Positions 41,014 to 56,807 are shown, counted from the first letter of the stretch. The stretch: DNA of 64,000 nucleotides from Gonapodya sp. JEL0774 (GCA_027604505.1 JADIIX010000050.1:1-64000); one strand, 5' to 3'. Made by a program: numbers and translations. Notes: generated by a model from the letters alone, not told the origin.

Positions 41014-42266
41014 CTAGTTATCTCTGACCCTTGTCCTCGCTGGATCCGTCTGGTTGATATCCCGAGCTTGCTTAATGTCCTTGCTCGCCGCCAGCATCTG
41101 GTGCGCCCGGTGGAACTTCTTCACGTCACGGCGGAGCACGGCGAGATAGTCGTCCACTTTCACTTTAGGTTTGGGACGAGAGTGGCGGAGAGCGGCGAGG
41201 CACTGTCGGGTGAGGGAACAATTCATCAGTCTGTGGGACAAAAGGCACTGCTCCCCATCCACGCCACTCGTAGTATTCGTTTGGTGTCCCATTCATCAAG
41301 GTTATCACAATTTCGAGCCCTTCCACCTCCCTTCCTGTTGGTTATCCATCCGACGTGAGAGAGTTACTTTCCTCCTCGTCCTCAGTTCACGTGCCCACCG
41401 ACAATAGCCCAGCATTCAATCTGCAGGGTGTTATGGTCACCGACCACGCTTTCCTGAACAACCTCCAAGTGCGAGCGAGATTGCTTGAAAGTTGCTAAAA
41501 ACTTTGATCCCTCACTCCACTTCACATCAGACTCAGCACTAACCCCCTTAATCAGCTTGCCCTTTAATTCCAGCTCACCAAATCATTGATATACTCGATC
41601 ATCATATCCTCAAGCAACTCTCTTGTCTCCTTTATAGAGTTTGGAACATCGCCAAAAGACCAGAGAATCATTTGCACTGAGGATGCGGAAGGTCCAAGCA
41701 GAAAGGGTCACGGAGGATTAACGTATAGTAAGGGCGAACGAGGAGCGGAGAGTTGTGTGAGGAAAGAAATGCGAGTGTTCACCAAACAACTGGACGGGCA
41801 GGCACCGCTGTGCCCTATCCGTTGCCCTAGTTATCTCTAGTAGATGAACACGATATCGGTCCCTCCTCGTTCTCCTTCGGTCCGACAAGTACATTAGACC
41901 GTGAGATTCCAGACTCCTCGCAAGTTGTGCGGAATTCCTTGTTCGAAATGTTATACGAGCTCCCGAGCTCCCTTCCTTCCATCCCTTCTAACTCAATACC
42001 GTGGTCACCGCAGTAAACGCACTTTCGCCGCCTTCCTTTGAGAGGGGAGCAGGGTCGAACTTTTGAAACTTCCTGACGCCGAAATTTCTGGAGTTGGGGA
42101 TGGAATTCGAGGCCTGCTGGAGCTGCTGGAGTTGATTGTTGATCTGATTAACAGTAGGTGCATTGATGTGTTGAGTGGGGAGCAGGTTGTGGGCCTGAAG
42201 CGCGTGGAAGACCGAGGGGGGAATGTTCTGCACATTTTGCAGGTTTTGAGGCAGATTCGATGTCAT
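41014..42266 (-). CDS. TAF13: TFIID subunit 13 (TFIID-18kDa histone fold)
   Basis: Exons QMILWSFGDVPNSIKETRELLEDMMIEYINDL and CLAAL...KVKVDDYLAVLRRDVKKFHRAHQMLAASKDIKQAR match the TAF13 pattern (MMYGFGD...LEDLV.EFI...V.VED..F.IRKD..K..R...L..AR). The N-terminus is Q/N-rich. Confidence 0.85.
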
Positions 42267-42514
42267 TTCAGGAGATTTTCTTTGGATTTTGCATCGATTC
42301 TCCAATTTGTATAGCGGGTCGCGGTTGAATAGAATGTTAGAGAATTTTTGGAGGTTGGTTGGGAGGACAGTCCCAGTGGATTGCAAAACCATGGAGAGTG
42401 AGAGTTCTGTGGTCACACAGGAATACAGCGGTCCCTCGCCCATTTTGTTCATATAGGGGTTGGCAACTGATTCTCGCTCTTCGAATTCGAATTAGAATTT
42501 GAAGCACCATTGCC

Positions 42515-45500
42515 ATGTCTGCCTCATCTGGAGCAGCGGAATCGAAAGGACTAACTGCGTCATCGAGACCAGTGGCGAGTCCGTTCAAGGGCAAGGTGAA
42601 GACGCTCTCAACCGTCAAAGTCACCGACTCTTCACCTGCAGGAACTCTGGAATCTGCTGCGCAGTCCAAACATCATTCCAACACCGCGTTTGCACCGTAC
42701 TTGTGCACTTGCATTCCTTCGTCGCTTCCTTTGATCCCCCGACTGGACATGGACTCCTTTTTGGAGACAGCTTACATCAACCTGAATCTCAATTCCCGCT
42801 CACTCTCAAAAGTTCTTGCACTTCCGCAAGATTTACTTTACCTGGCCCTGTTTTCGCACCAGAAAGCACCATATTTACACCCGACTGTGAAAACACCGCT
42901 AGCTGCATCACTGGCCGTCTTTCTCGACTCATATCTCCGCGCCCAAGTCGCTCTCACTGAATGCGACGTGGAATGGTCAAGCGAGGAGATTACCCTTCGG
43001 AAATTGGTGTTTTTTTGTGTCACTCGCATACTGGATTTACCGAATGCCACCGTGTCGTCCAGTATGAGAGATAGTACCGACAGCATTGCGGGTACTAACG
43101 GCGGAGAGGGTTCCAATGGTGATACAACAGCGTCCGAAACTAGTCACGGTGCTGATGGCCCCGGCGCAAACAAAGTGGAAAAGTCTCTTCCGACCTTTCC
43201 ACCCACTCCTCCCAACCTCGCTACGCTCCTTCTCTCCACCTCCCTACTTCCTGCCTTCACCCTTCTGGACTTCATCCGCCTCTACCGCCCGGGTAACGCG
43301 GGTCCACTCTCAGTCTTACTGGCCCCTCTTGTCTCTACTCCTATCTACCTCCGTGAATTCCGCAGAGTGGCTGCGGCCGCCTCAGACCAGCTTGTAGCGT
43401 TCACTCAGGTCGTTGATCGTGCTGCACGCACCATGGAACAAGCGCATGCGTCGAACGGCTCCGCAACGCCTCATGACCAACCGATGACAGAAGCTGTCAT
43501 CACCGCTCACGCTCCTCTACCCATAGACCTTACCCTCCTCACGTCCCTCGCCTCTACCAGCGACCTTCTCGTCTCACTCGAACCCTTTGTCTTCCTTTCC
43601 CCACCATTGTTGACGACCACAATCCTGAAATCCCCACCTGACCTCCTTGGTGCCCTTATGGACGCCTACGACGCGTGCAGTGCTGCATGGATACCAATGG
43701 GACTTGATGTAGTCAACAAGAATGCGTCTCCGCGACCGGAATTTCGGCACTGGAAGCTCGCAGCTCTGGGTCTCATTCGTGCTTGCATCGAGTCTGCTTA
43801 CCTACGTCCCCTCGCTGCCTCCTGGGACCCTTCCATCCCCGCTCTCCCCTCCACATCTCCTTCAACTACCCCACCCACCCCTGCCCACCTCTCGACCTCC
43901 CTCTCATCCTTCCTTCATCCCCTCATCGACCGTTCTCCAGGAGAAGATGCGATAGGGTCCGGTCCCGGAAAGTTTTTGGAGCAAGCCACAGTTCTGGTGG
44001 ATATGGATGTGGAGTGGGATTTGCGATCAAGGGCGGTGGTTGTGAGGGATGCAGTGATGGATGGGGAGGATGCAGGGATGGACTATTTGGTGAGTAATCT
44101 CTCCAAGGGGTCGCAGAGATGGCATGGTTTGGTGGGGAAGCATGAATAGGTGTTTGATGCAGATGGATTGGGGATTGAGATAGGGGATGCCATTTTCGGG
44201 GTTGGGGGATATGAAGTGCCCACTCCTACGCTCCACGACGACGCTGTTCCAGTGGAACTGTCTCCCAGTGCGTCATATCCTCTGTCTCTAGCCCACACTC
44301 CCGGCACTATCTCCTTCCAACCCAGATCATGTCCCTCGACCACATGCTCACATTCTCAGGCAATGGTGCCGTGAAGTCCGCACGACAGGCGAAAAAGAGA
44401 GGTGCAGGTCAGACTCAAAATGGGGATAATGCAATGGCAGTGGTTCAGGTGGAAGGCGGGGTGTGTATAGCGTGCTGGGGGTTCCCATTTGATGGTTATG
44501 CACTTGTTTTGGGGGAGTCTCATTCCGTGTCAATCCCAATTCTGAACTCCCATGTACAGGTCGATTTTGACGAAAAATACATCACACGTTCCTCTCTAAT
44601 CTCTCAAGTGCGCGACCTGTTCCCTGAATTAGGGGATGGCTTTGTAGAAGCAGGGTTAGGCGAGTTTGGTGATGATCCGGAGGTGAGGGACGGATAGGTT
44701 CAAAGGATCACGCATGCAATTGTCACACACGTGCTCTCTAACTGTCTATCCTTCTGTCCTTGCTCTTCCCATAGCTGCTCATTATGAAAATACTGGAAGA
44801 TGATCTACCCCCCCGACTCGCCAAGCTTCCCCGCGACCTCCCCCGCGCACCACCACCACTTTCTCAAAAAATTGCACCAGCTCTTCCCCCACGGCCAGAG
44901 TCCACTGCCTTGGTACCCTATGCGTCGTCTCGGCCACATTCTGCTCCCAAGCAGAACGACGACGTATTGCCTTCATATACATTCTTGCCGACTGAGCCCG
45001 AGCAGGGTGATTTGATTGGAACCAGACGCAACGTTTTTGACGGTGACGAGTTTGATGTGTTTCGCGGCCGTCGACCGGATAAGGAAGCAGTCATCTTGGG
45101 AAAGAAAAGGTGGATATGGAATCGGGGGATGGAGCCGATTGTTTATTCTCTCATTGACCGTCCTTGTTTCTTTTGGCAGACGAGAGCAAGAATCCGCGGT
45201 TCTCGCCGACCGGTCTGCGCTCACAGACACCGCACGAGCGGCTATTTTGGAGCAACAGTATGAATTTGATGAGTACGATGACGAGTACGATGGTGAGAAG
45301 CATCCAATTTGAATAATTCTTCCACTTTTTTGAACTCTACCATTGGTCTCTATCACATGACTTACAGATACATATGACGACTTGCAGACGGGCCAAGAGG
45401 AAGCCACTGAAGAGGACGAGGAGATAGTGGACGAAGCGTCTCGGAGGCAAAAAGTGGCGCCTGTAAGCACTGCAGCCAGTTTTTATGGGCCACTCTTTGC

Positions 45501-46125
45501 GTAGTCATCGCTTACGCTCAATCCATTCTATCAGGTCGACAATAATCCTTCTCCCCCATTCGGCGCAGCCGAACCCGAACTCGTTCGCACATTCCAAACT
45601 AACCCCGGCCTCTTCGACACCCGTGCACGTAGAACACCGGAACGGGCGAAGCTACGCCAAGTGACGGGAATGGCGGACGAACAACTTGAAGGATGGTTTA
45701 CGATGCTAATGCGAGATGTGAGTTATGTCAGAAAAGGTGGTTTGATTTGCGACTCATTGGTTTACCGCGCATCGTGCTCCAAATAGCCTAACAAGGATCG
45801 TGTGCTTTCGAGGTATGAATGGCGGGGAAACCGTCCACCACCTCCCGTTGGTGGATTGGGGGGGGAAGAAGAAGAAGAGGAGGACTCAGAAGGGGAAGGG
45901 TCCGGAGATCAATCAGGGCAGCAACATGGGAACTCGGGCCGTGGAGGATTTGTTCCGCGCGGTGGTAGGGGGGGACAAGTTGGTAGGGGGGGACGAGGGG
46001 ACGGACCTGGTGCGCAGACCTCAGACAGACGATGGAAAGATCAAAACAAGGCAAAGGTTGGCAACCATAATAGGAAGAGTGGACATGATCGGAAAATGGC
46101 ACGGGGCGCCGCGGGGTGGCAGTAG
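42515..46125 (+). CDS. ASCC2: ASC-1 complex subunit 2 / Cue3 (CUE domain; ribosome quality-control trigger complex)
   Basis: CUE domain ISQVRDLFPELGDGFVEA...KILEDDLP, plus RRNVFDGDEFD, YDDEYDDTYD, TGMADEQLEGW and C-terminal WKDQNKAKVGNHNRKSGHDRKMARG. Confidence 0.92.
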
Positions 46126-46469
46126 AAAGGGATAGCCATTATTCTACAATTTACTACTGAGCCAATAGTAAACCCCAAACCTGGACTGACCAGTCAAACC
46201 GGGCCTGGGTTGAGAAACACTTTTGCAAGTAGACTGGCCCTAAGAGTGATCCCGTCGGTTCTTGTGTAGTATGCTCGAAAATAAATCGAACTGTGGGTCC
46301 CACTCTTATTCACACATTGCTGGGTCTCCACGGCATCAAAGAACTTTCCGTGCACGCAGAAGGGCGTCAGGTGCCAGTCCAAAATGCCAGTACCGGATAC
46401 AATGGTAGCAATTTTGTACAAAATACAGTGGAGTTCAGAGCGCATGAAAATACGTGAAAATTTGACACA

Positions 46470-47326
46470 TCATTCCGGCTTTGCACACTTTCGGTATTCG
46501 ATTGTTCGTGTCTTGGGGCAAATCATTTGCTCCCAGTTTATGGGGATCATTGTTGCACCTTGGTCAAATTCTTTTCCGTCAGACTTTGGAACGATCCGCT
46601 CGCAATACAGACAAACTCACCTGCCATACTCGTGGCGAAAACAGCTCCCAATGAATTTTCTGCAGTTGACAAGTAGTAGCTCCGTGCGTCACCGAGCGAT
46701 ATTACTCGAGCACGGACGATGTCTCCCGGACGAAATGCACGATCGATCCTAACTTTATCTTTCTCTGTTGCTCGGACATCTTGCAGTCTGTTTGGACGAC
46801 ACGGAAGCCGCTTACACAAACATAATCATTCTTTCCAAAATCACCCAACATGAACCAATTCACTCACCGGATTATTCCCTGGAAATCCTCCGTGGTGGGT
46901 GTCGTCCCAACAACCATCACCTTCATCGTAGCGAATCGAGGGTTTATTCGAATAATGCGACCAGTCACACTGATCCCAATCAAAGAAGATTCATTCGCAT
47001 ATACGCATGAGCGGTCTGAGGGTGTTCGTTCAATGGAATACTGCTGTCTCAGCTTACATAGCTTGGATTTCCGGAACGGCTGTCGCTTCCTTGTCGCGAA
47101 CGACTTCAATCATTGGTCGCTGGCAAGATGAAGCAAAATTATTGGTATATCCGCAGTAGAACTTGTGAAATTGGACTTCGAACAAACTTACCTTGTCTTT
47201 AACCATCACTTTAGTCTTGCCAATGATAGCTGCGTAAACGTGTCCGTCTCGAGCATACGTACCATTCCCGGATGTATATTCAAGAGTGCTCCCAAGCGAT
47301 TGCCCTGGAATCACTTTCTCTGCCAT
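46470..47326 (-). CDS. CSL4: Exosome complex component Csl4/EXOSC1
   Basis: VIPGQSLG...SGNGTY, FQGIIRLQDVRATEKDKV...FRPGDIVRARVISLGD...YYLSTAENSLG, and MICPKTRTIEYRKCAKP. Confidence 0.96.
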
Positions 47327-47408
47327 GTTTCAATGGGTCTGACTGAACTGTGTGCTTTGCCACTTTTTTCGAGTTCCTCGTTTCCCGCGAAGTTATTCTT
47401 TGCACATA

Positions 47409-48032
47409 ATGGCACAACGACTGGTCTCTCTTGGGCAAGGTAATTATGGGCATGCATGATGTGGAAATTCGGGCAGAAACTTTCGTGAAGGATGTTCGGG
47501 GCCTGGTGGACAACGGGAATCTACTCAGGCACGACCAAACATCAGACGTCCAGTGCGCGGTCATCTGAATGTGACAATGCAACACCTTTTCGGGGTGATG
47601 GATTTGATTGGCGATGAGTGCTCAGAAGGCTGGAAGGTTTCGCGTTCATGAAGCATTTCAGGAAACCTGTGCAAAAGAACTTCTCCGAAGAGCATTGCAC
47701 TTCGCATCCTTAAAATACCTTAAGCAGTAACATTTTTGATGCATCACGTAGGCGTCGTGAACTGGGGTGTCCGCACTGGTCAAATCTCATGGGCGACTGT
47801 GAAGCTCGTCGCCTCGAACAACCAAATGGGCATTCCCAACCCCGCCGAATTTGGCAAGGCTCTCTCCGGTGTCACTGGGTTCTTTAATGCTTTTAAGAAC
47901 GGAACCTGGCGATACGTTACCGTCCGTGACGCCACCAGCCTTGCTGCCAGAGGTGTAGAAATAGCCGGATTCTTCTACGTTGGGGAGATGATTGGGAGGA
48001 GGAGCTTGATTGGCTACAACATTGAGGGGTGA
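47409..48032 (+). CDS. ATP20: Mitochondrial ATP synthase subunit g
   Basis: Exon 1 MAQRLVSLGQ, intron 47441-47750, exon 2 ending EIAGFFYVGEMIGRRSLIGY (GxxxG signature of subunit g). Confidence 0.92.
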
Positions 48033-48349
48033 GTATGTGTGACGCAGTGGACGTGAAACGGTCGTGAAATGTCGGCATGAAGGATTGGACACATGGTCGA
48101 TCGACTTGTCGAGTCGGCTCCAGGCTCAAGATGGGATTCACTCAGAGCTCTGAACTCTTGAAGTATGCGTCAATTCTGTGAATCTTGATTGGGGGAGGAG
48201 TAATGTGGCTTTCAGGCGGAGGGCAAGTAATCTGTGGGCAAAATTGCCTCGTTATTGACGTTACAACCTCCCGCACAGGTCTCGGGTCGCTGGCCACCAC
48301 TGAATGTCTTGCATACGAATGTGTATTAGGAACGTAGTGCAATACAGTC

Positions 48350-50069
48350 TTAAATGAGTGACCATACAAGAGCATGTCCAAAGCCAAGCGAGGTAGTAAT
48401 GAGGAGTATGAGTGTGGAAGTTACAGCCACGACCGGCCACCACACCTTTGTAGGCTGTACAGTGCCGACCATGTCTCTCACGACTGCATCTAGCTTATCC
48501 GCCATAGCTGCCGCCGAGAAAGTCTTTACAACCCTGTCCCTCGCTGCTTGTCCCATTGTTGCCCTACTTTTCTCCCCCATATTCACTAAATCTGCGACCC
48601 TGGCACCCCACTCATCCTCCCCGTCACCACACAGATATCCCGTCACACCATTCACGATACTCTCTCGGGGTCCACCACTGTCCGAAGCAACCACTGGTAA
48701 CCTACTGTACATTGCTTCCACGGGCACGATGCCGAAATGCTCCCCATGCGGTGTATATAGTAAGCAAACAGCACGACGTAAGAGAAAAGTTCGCTGTGAC
48801 TGCGTGAATGAGAGCACGAAGAGAACTTGTGTTGTGGGAGGGACGGAGGAAACATAAGGGTTAGGAAAGAGGGTAAAATGAGAGAGACCGAGGGAGGAGG
48901 CCACTTTCGCGAGTTCAAGATGATATTGGACATTTTCGGAAACACGGGTATCATAACCACCTTGGTTGTTGAGGGAAACATAACACAATCAAAAATCTGG
49001 ACTCCCGAAGGCAAACGATTGCATCTCGCTTTACTAACCTGCGACGACCAACCTAAGCTCCTCAAATGCTTCTTTCGGTAGTGTTTCTCGTAGTTTTGCG
49101 AAAGCTCGAATTGCCAAGCCTATGTCTTTCTTTCGCTCGAAGCGATTCAAGGAGACAATCAGTCGCTTGGAGCTGGCAACACAACTTTGGTTACTCAACA
49201 ACAAACACGTTTTGGTGATCACGTTACTGACATACCTCTCGAGGGTCTGCACTGCTGGGTCTGTGGTATCAAGCTCTTGGTCATACGCATTGAGCAAAAT
49301 GCCGGGGTAAATGATTTCCAATTTCCGTTCGCGGAGGGAAGGAAAATGCTTGCGAAAAATGCTTTCTGTGAATCCACTGTTCACGGCGAGCGAGTCGGCC
49401 ACGCCTGCGGGGATCATCACCAGTATTTTTCAGTCCAGGAACTGGTGCCATGAACGTGAATGTATACATACCAGTCGTCACCTCTTCCACCCAGTCAACT
49501 GGTCGGCGATAAATTGAGGCAAGTATCGAGTCGCGGCGAGCAAGAAGCTTGTCGGGGAAGTGACAGTAGAACAGAACCTGATCCGAAGAGAGAGTCCGTG
49601 TTGGAGAGGGGATTGACATGTTCGGCTCCTATTCATAACTGCACCTTTGATCCAGTCCACTTAAGTACCGGAATCGCGGCTGATACTTGATCGGCAAACA
49701 CTGCATCGTGCAAGGGTCCAACAAGCCAGAGCCAAAGAGCCACGTACAGGGATCTAAGAATTGCGAACACCACATGAAAACGCCCCAAAATGTGTCGGGG
49801 CAGAAAGTCGCCGAGAACGTGAACAGTTAATGTGCCTTGGTGGGATTCAAACGGCCGTTGGGCATAAGTTGGGCATCAATCAAAGGCAGTGACAAGACCC
49901 CACCATCTATCGTCTCCTTAAAGCAGTGCGTTGGATCGTGGTGGGACGTGTAAAATACCACATTGTGACCCCGCTCTTTAAGACCGACAGCAGCGTCGAC
50001 TACGAGGCGTTCAGCGCCGCCGATGCCGAGGTCTGGGTGCACAAATGCAATCGATAAAGTTCGATTCAT
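48350..50069 (-). CDS. ALG2: Alpha-1,3/1,6-mannosyltransferase
   Basis: [72 protein letters not shown] and SGGPRES. Confidence 0.97.
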
Positions 50070-50246
50070 AAAATGGTATCCAATATGAAAGGGTCGCAAT
50101 TGGGATTGGGCGAAATTAGTGTCGTAGTGTCGGAATGCTATATGTGAGGTGAAGACATGGTCCCTTCATCCATCCCTTGTGCGGGTGCGAAATCAGAAAT
50201 ATTTCTCGTCCAAATTTCTCAACAGAACTTCCGAATCCTCTCAGTC

Positions 50247-52286
<2,040 letters not shown>

Positions 52287-52540
52287 CATTATGTAATTCA
52301 ATCTAGTACGTAATCACATTGCTTCAGATTGTTCTGAATTTCGAAAATCCATTCTAGAGTTCCTTTGGACGTATCGCATTTTTTGGGGTACAAAATGCCG
52401 GTTTCAAAAATGAATACGTGGTACCACGACAACCCATTACAATCAGAATGTATAAAGCCACTACGAGTGCCACCCAGAACCACCAAATTATACTGAGGTC
52501 CGTCGCAACCTCACGAGTCTGTAGAATCCCAACAAGTCCT

Positions 52541-54989
52541 TCAAGGTCCTAACTGTTTCTTCAGCCACAGCGGAGAGTGGGCCAGGCCACCCCCACCGCC
52601 TCCGGTACTCTGTAGTTGTGCAGCAATCAACCCCAGCGATCCCACCACAGTCTTGCTGTCAGAAGCGCTAGATTGCGACGGTCCTACGGCAGGGCTTCGT
52701 GGTGCACTGGAGGCGGTACTGCTCTTTCCACGGTCTCTCCTTTCCTCATGCTTTGGTGCACTTTTCATGCGACCAAAGTTTTTATCCTGAAGCCCCAATT
52801 CCAATGCACCCATCCTCGCATAAAACATATTGCGTCGGAGTCGCGCCTGGTCTTTAAAAGTCTCGACGATTGGCCGACGGGAGTAAAGGCCTTGGTGGAC
52901 GTGTCGGATAAAATTGTAGAAGTCGCCCACAGCTACCATTCTGTCGCGGCATCTGAGGCACAAAGCGGACCACGGGTCCACGTCCGAGATTCGGAACTGA
53001 AACCGACATGGCTGGCCACGAGGGTTGATTGCACCACATGCTTGGCACATGTCGGGAGGCCCGACGCTGGGGAGACCCGCAAGTCGCTCCCACACGGATT
53101 TGACTTGCACAGGTTTCGCTGGCGAATTTGCTCCCGAAGCAATCCCGGAAGACAGTGGGGTCGCGTCTCCTGGTGTAACTGGAGCCTGGGGCGCACTAGA
53201 CTCGACCGGACCCACAGCGCCTGCAGGTGTCTCCTGAACAAACAACGTGTTGGCAACGAAAGCGTCTGCAATTCTTCTAACCGAAACTTTGGGCGCTCCG
53301 CCAAACCTAAGGCACGGTTCGATGTCATCCTCGAACGCTACTCGCATGAAAGCAAGCGACGCCACTTTCACGAAGCGTATCGAAGGCAACGCTGAAAGAA
53401 AATCTGCGAAAGCAGCGATGGCCATCGGGTCAATCCAGTCGTCCGGATTTCCCTCACCGTCGTCGTCACTGGCGTACCCCGCGTCCTCTGATCGAGATGG
53501 GGCGCTCGGGTTGGCTTCCGACGAAGCACGACTGTTCTTGGCACCACCCGTCACGTCCTTGGCGAAGTCTTCCAAACCTGTCGAAGATTTCCCGTCAATA
53601 CCCACTGCGCTCAAATTCCGCACAAGGCCTCCATCAACCTCCTCCCTCTCCCTCCGATCCCGTTCTTCGACTTCCCTTCCCCTCTCTCTGTTCATGGCCT
53701 TCTCTGCATCTTCCCGCATGCGGATATTATCGGCCTCCAGTCCCTCCATCCTTCGTCGAAGCTCTTCGAGCTGCGCTGTCTCCAACTCCAGGCGATTCCG
53801 AGTAGAGCGCAATTCGTCTTCCAGGTGGCGATGTTGACGTTCAGCGATGGCACGTTGCCGCTTTTCGGCTGCGACGAGACCGTTCGCTTCTTCGAAAAGT
53901 TGGGTGGTGAGTTGCTCCAGCTCGTCCTGGACTGACTCCTTGGAGTGCTGCAGTTCGGCTCGCTGTGGAAGAAAAATCAAGTCATGTTAGCAACGACGAA
54001 GGAGTCGGCGAAAAAAACCGCCGCATCATGCATTGTAAAATTGAGGGAAGGACCACTGACTGCACAGCGTAATGTGCTCTCACTTGCCTCCCCTCCTATC
54101 CTCGCACCGAGACCCACAAAACTCGCCTTTTCAATCTCATCGATTAATTTCTCACCCATTATCTGCAAATCCCTCTGCGTCGCCTTGAGTTCCTCGGTCC
54201 GGTCCCGACACTGTCTCTCGAGATCCGCGGCTCGAGCCGTGAGCGACGCCGACGCAGGCTCGCACTGGGCAAGATGGGTAGAGAGATGGTGTCGGGTTTG
54301 CTGAAGGAGGGAGAGGAGGTGTCGGTTTTGGGCTGGTGTGGAAACGAGGAATGGGAAGTGAGACACGTCGGCAGGCACGTCGCTGCACTCCTTGCTGCGT
54401 CAAGAAACACCAAATCGAGTGGAAGATCACCAGTGTTCCAATTATGTCGGAGGTCTCCAACCACTTAATATGTCCTCACTCGACATTCCTGCGACAAGTT
54501 TAATGAACAAGCACATCCTGCCTTCCTCCTCATCGCCCATCCATGATATTCTGAGCCGCGCCCGCCGAGTCTCAAATCCAAATCGCTTTAAAACCGCGTC
54601 GCCCACTCACAGATCATCTTCGCCACGGCCGGAATTTCCTCCTTGCACAGCTGACACCTCGCCGCCTCTCCGGCCTCTCCCTCTATCGACGGTTGAGCGG
54701 TAGGTACGTCCACATCGCCGGGGAAAACTGCCAGTCCTGAAAAGCCATCCCGGACGATTTTCCTGTGAGGGCAGGGTGCGGGGGGGACTGGAGAGGGATC
54801 CTGAGACTGTGGTTCCGACGAGGCATCGTCCACCACGACAGGTATAGTCTGAGGTGCTTCAGAAGCCGAGGGTGGGGTTTGGTGGGATTCGACGCGTGTG
54901 GTCAAGGTATGGATATTGGAAGGTGGGGCAGACGCGGCACCCTGAGTCGTCTGGGCCGAGGAAGCGGAAGAATCTGCAGCGGCGTCCAT
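52541..54989 (-). CDS. SEC2: Rab guanine nucleotide exchange factor Sec2/Rabin8
   Basis: EKLIDEIEK|RAELQHSKESVQDELEQLTTQLFEEANGLVA, FEDDIEPCLRF, CQACG...CRFQFR...LCLRCRDRMVAVGDFYNFIR and RRNMFYARMG. Confidence 0.93.
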
Positions 54990-55580
54990 CGGTATTTTAC
55001 AAACGAGGTTTCAGCCGAGCAAGGAGACGGAGATCCCGACCGCGTCAAAGGGGCAGGGGCGTGTTTCAGAGTCCCACTACAAAGCGAAGGGTGGGAGGTG
55101 CCGCAAGCGGGGAAGCTTGTTTCAACCTGCTGGATCGCGTGTGCTGTTTTCCGTTTATCTGTCGGTGAATTTCTCTTTGGCTTGTGGAATTTTCACTTAG
55201 CAAAAGTGGAGGAAATGATGCCAGTTTCTCGTCACTCAAGGATTTCGCGTGGTGGCGCTGCCGCCGCCTGGGTTACCTCCTTTGTAAGATGCCAACTATA
55301 ACGACTCTCTCCTGCTAAGGCTTGAGGTAAACATTGTCAAGGCTCTGACAGTCAAAGCTTACTTAGATTGGGTTTTATCTGAACAGGAGGAACTCGACCA
55401 AGATGTATGAAATCTAAAATTAAATAATTACTGGTCTCTCCTGCAACGGCAAAACGGGTACACGAGCCGAACTCAACGGGAAGCATTGGGGACTTCAGTA
55501 AATTCCTCTATGGTTCATCGGTCATGTCCAGAACACAGTGCCCACACTCTGAGTAGCGCAGGAACTCATACACAAATAAA

Positions 55581-56807
55581 ATGCCTGAATCCACCGCTGA
55601 CGCCCTCTTCTTCGACGTGCTAGAAACCCTCGATCAGTACTATGCCGCTCGCGATCCTCTCAAAGGTGCTCTGGCAAAGGTACCGTCATCCCACACGTCC
55701 GCGCTCCCCACACCTTGACTTGTCGCACCCAAGTTTTGCCAATCCAGCTCGGATTTGACGTTGGCGTTTTCCTCACATGGTGGTACTTAGGGCTTCGTCA
55801 ACGTCGCTGAAGCACGCAAGACGATGGGCACGCAATTGAATCAGCACAACTACGATCTGAGGATGAAGGCGACATCACTCGTGTGAGTGTACGGGCCCGG
55901 AGAATAAATGAAAGACATTCGTAATCTTGATTTGATGAACGATGGAGTGAGCACTGGAGCTCGGGAATCCTCCAATGGGAAAAAGTTCGTGGAGCTCTGC
56001 GTCTGACATATATGTGTTTCCAATTGCATTCACTTGACCCGCTTATAACACCCTCTCCAACAACTCCCCATTTACACTTACCGAAACTGACTCGATAGCT
56101 GTATTGAACCTCCGCCACTCGTCCCGTCACCCGCTTCAACAGTTGTTCCCGACGACCTCCTCCAACGCACCATATCAATCACACGCATTACCCCTGCAAC
56201 CTCCACCTCATCCGCCTCCTCTTTACTGAATGTCATGTCCTCCTCCTCCTCTTTGGATCCGTCGCCCGCGCTCCGCCGGCGAACGGTGGTAACTTCCAAC
56301 GAGGAGAATACGGCACCCAGCGCGTCGGAGTCTCGGGCGACCGGAGACTCCGCTCCGTCGGATACGACTGCTACCAGTGGTTTGGAAACACCTGGTGACT
56401 CTGGCGCAGATGGCAAGGAAAAAGTCGAAGATGACAACCCCGATAAATCACCTCCACAACCGTCACCCAAACCGCAACGCCCACCTCGAGATCCCCTCAA
56501 GTGGTTTGGCGTACTCGTACCCTTAGCTCTCAGGGAAGCACAAGGTGATTTTACGCGAGGTGTGTGGTCTCTTTTCGTCGGTGTCTCGTATTTCCTGGAT
56601 TGAGTCCTGGTCACCCTCTTTCAAGCCCTCTCATATGCAGTTGCTGTCGCCGAACTGAAACTAGAACTCCGGCGGCGAATCAAAGAGTATGAAAGTGTTG
56701 TGGAAATCGCTTCAGCAGCGGAGAAGAAGGACGCAAACGAGGTTGAGGACATCCGCGCGGAGAAACAGGAGGCGAAGGTGGAAGAGAGCATAGAGACGGA
56801 AACATGA
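55581..56807 (+). CDS. VMA22: V-ATPase assembly factor Vma22/CCDC115
   Basis: LETLDQYYAAR...LAKGFVNVAEARKTMG...YDLRMKA and DPLKWFGVLVPLALREAQGDF. Confidence 0.9.

Noticed and set aside
41340..41575. Plus-strand branch-point/acceptor-like signal (GCACTAAC..CAG) antisense within the TAF13 intron
   Set aside because: No coherent plus-strand gene model could be built.
55930..56010. TGATGA...CTGA pair in the VMA22 intron as a C/D snoRNA
   Set aside because: No terminal stem and no rRNA complementarity that I could recognise.
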